Virus record (IMG/VR): IMGVR_UViG_3300035494_000066 | DNA: 64,000 nt | Reading direction: 5' to 3' (one strand) | Source of the DNA: a virus | Lineage: Duplodnaviria > Heunggongvirae > Uroviricota > Caudoviricetes | In this document: positions 63,682-64,000 of the stretch, piece after piece | How the letters are laid out: every line of letters begins with the position of its first letter | Numbering within the stretch: the first letter of the stretch is position 1 | The notes under the pieces: model-generated | Databases searched by the model: none | Told to the model about the DNA's origin: nothing | Seen by the model: the letters and a program-made list of their open reading frames with translations, nothing else | Made by a program: the position numbers and the translations under genes

Positions 63682-64000
63682 TCTCGTACGGGATGTAATT
63701 CACTGTATATTCATGCTTAAGCGGAGTTACTACCGAAGTATACTCTAGTGAGTTAGTGCAAACCAACAGCTGGATACAATAGTAATCCGGATGCTTTAGA
63801 TACGCACCAAAATCATCATCAGCTAGTAAAAAACCAGTTGGGCCAGATATTAGCGGACGAATTTCAATAACTTGCCCTTTTGCGCCAGGACCAACACTGC
63901 TTCCAACTGGGTCAATATCGACGTACTTTTCTGCAGTTTTGATATTAATACTTATAATCCCGTTGAGCTGTTCTCCAGCCGAAATGCTAGTAATAACATC

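Noticed and set aside
1-64000. CRISPR arrays, integrase/att sites, rRNA genes
   Set aside because: No direct-repeat/spacer arrays were seen. No tyrosine or serine recombinase motifs appear in any ORF. No rRNA-like conserved stretches were found. The scattered tRNAs are therefore not interpreted as integration sites.

Overview
This window reads as part of a large virulent, T4-like myophage genome. Almost every convincing gene is on the minus strand.

It opens with a dense tRNA array: about 23 minus-strand tRNAs between 18 and 4200. Two smaller tRNA islands follow, at 8521-10040 and 12795-13211. All tRNA calls, anticodons and boundaries were made by hand and need software confirmation.

The protein genes I recognise are:
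- three paralogous SPASM-type radical-SAM enzymes;
- an operon at 14759-20227 carrying ClpP, a radical-SAM enzyme, a HIT hydrolase, GTP cyclohydrolase I and a 2OG-oxygenase-like protein;
- ATP-dependent DNA ligase;
- a T4-like split topoisomerase II, with a free-standing GIY-YIG homing endonuclease between its two subunit genes;
- the NAD+ salvage pair Nampt (NadV) and PRPP synthetase (Prs), i.e. a NARP2-type pair;
- a T4 Pnk-like polynucleotide kinase and an RNA ligase;
- two lysis-type enzymes, a GH108 family protein with a PG-binding domain and a SleB-like hydrolase;
- an SPFH/band-7 lipoprotein next to a small membrane protein, and a prepilin-like protein;
- a macro domain protein;
- a SprT-like metalloprotease;
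- a cluster of small hydrolases: a dual-specificity phosphatase, a RelA/SpoT-type HD domain, a PTH2-like protein, a MazG-like protein and a DEDD exonuclease;
- two tandem paralogues whose C-termini resemble the ribosomal L7/L12 C-terminal domain.

The most unusual items are:
- the radical-SAM / FolE / oxygenase / ClpP operon;
- the L7/L12-like pair;
- oddities in the tRNA set: duplicated isoacceptors, two long-variable-arm tRNAs with GUU and CAU anticodons, a 6-nt anticodon loop, and tRNA-like elements carrying inserts;
- two genes interrupted by in-frame stop codons.

Recurrent sigma70-like TTGACA-17-TATAAT promoters, some with conserved leaders, and hairpin terminators recur in the intergenic regions. 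No CRISPR array, integrase or rRNA was seen.
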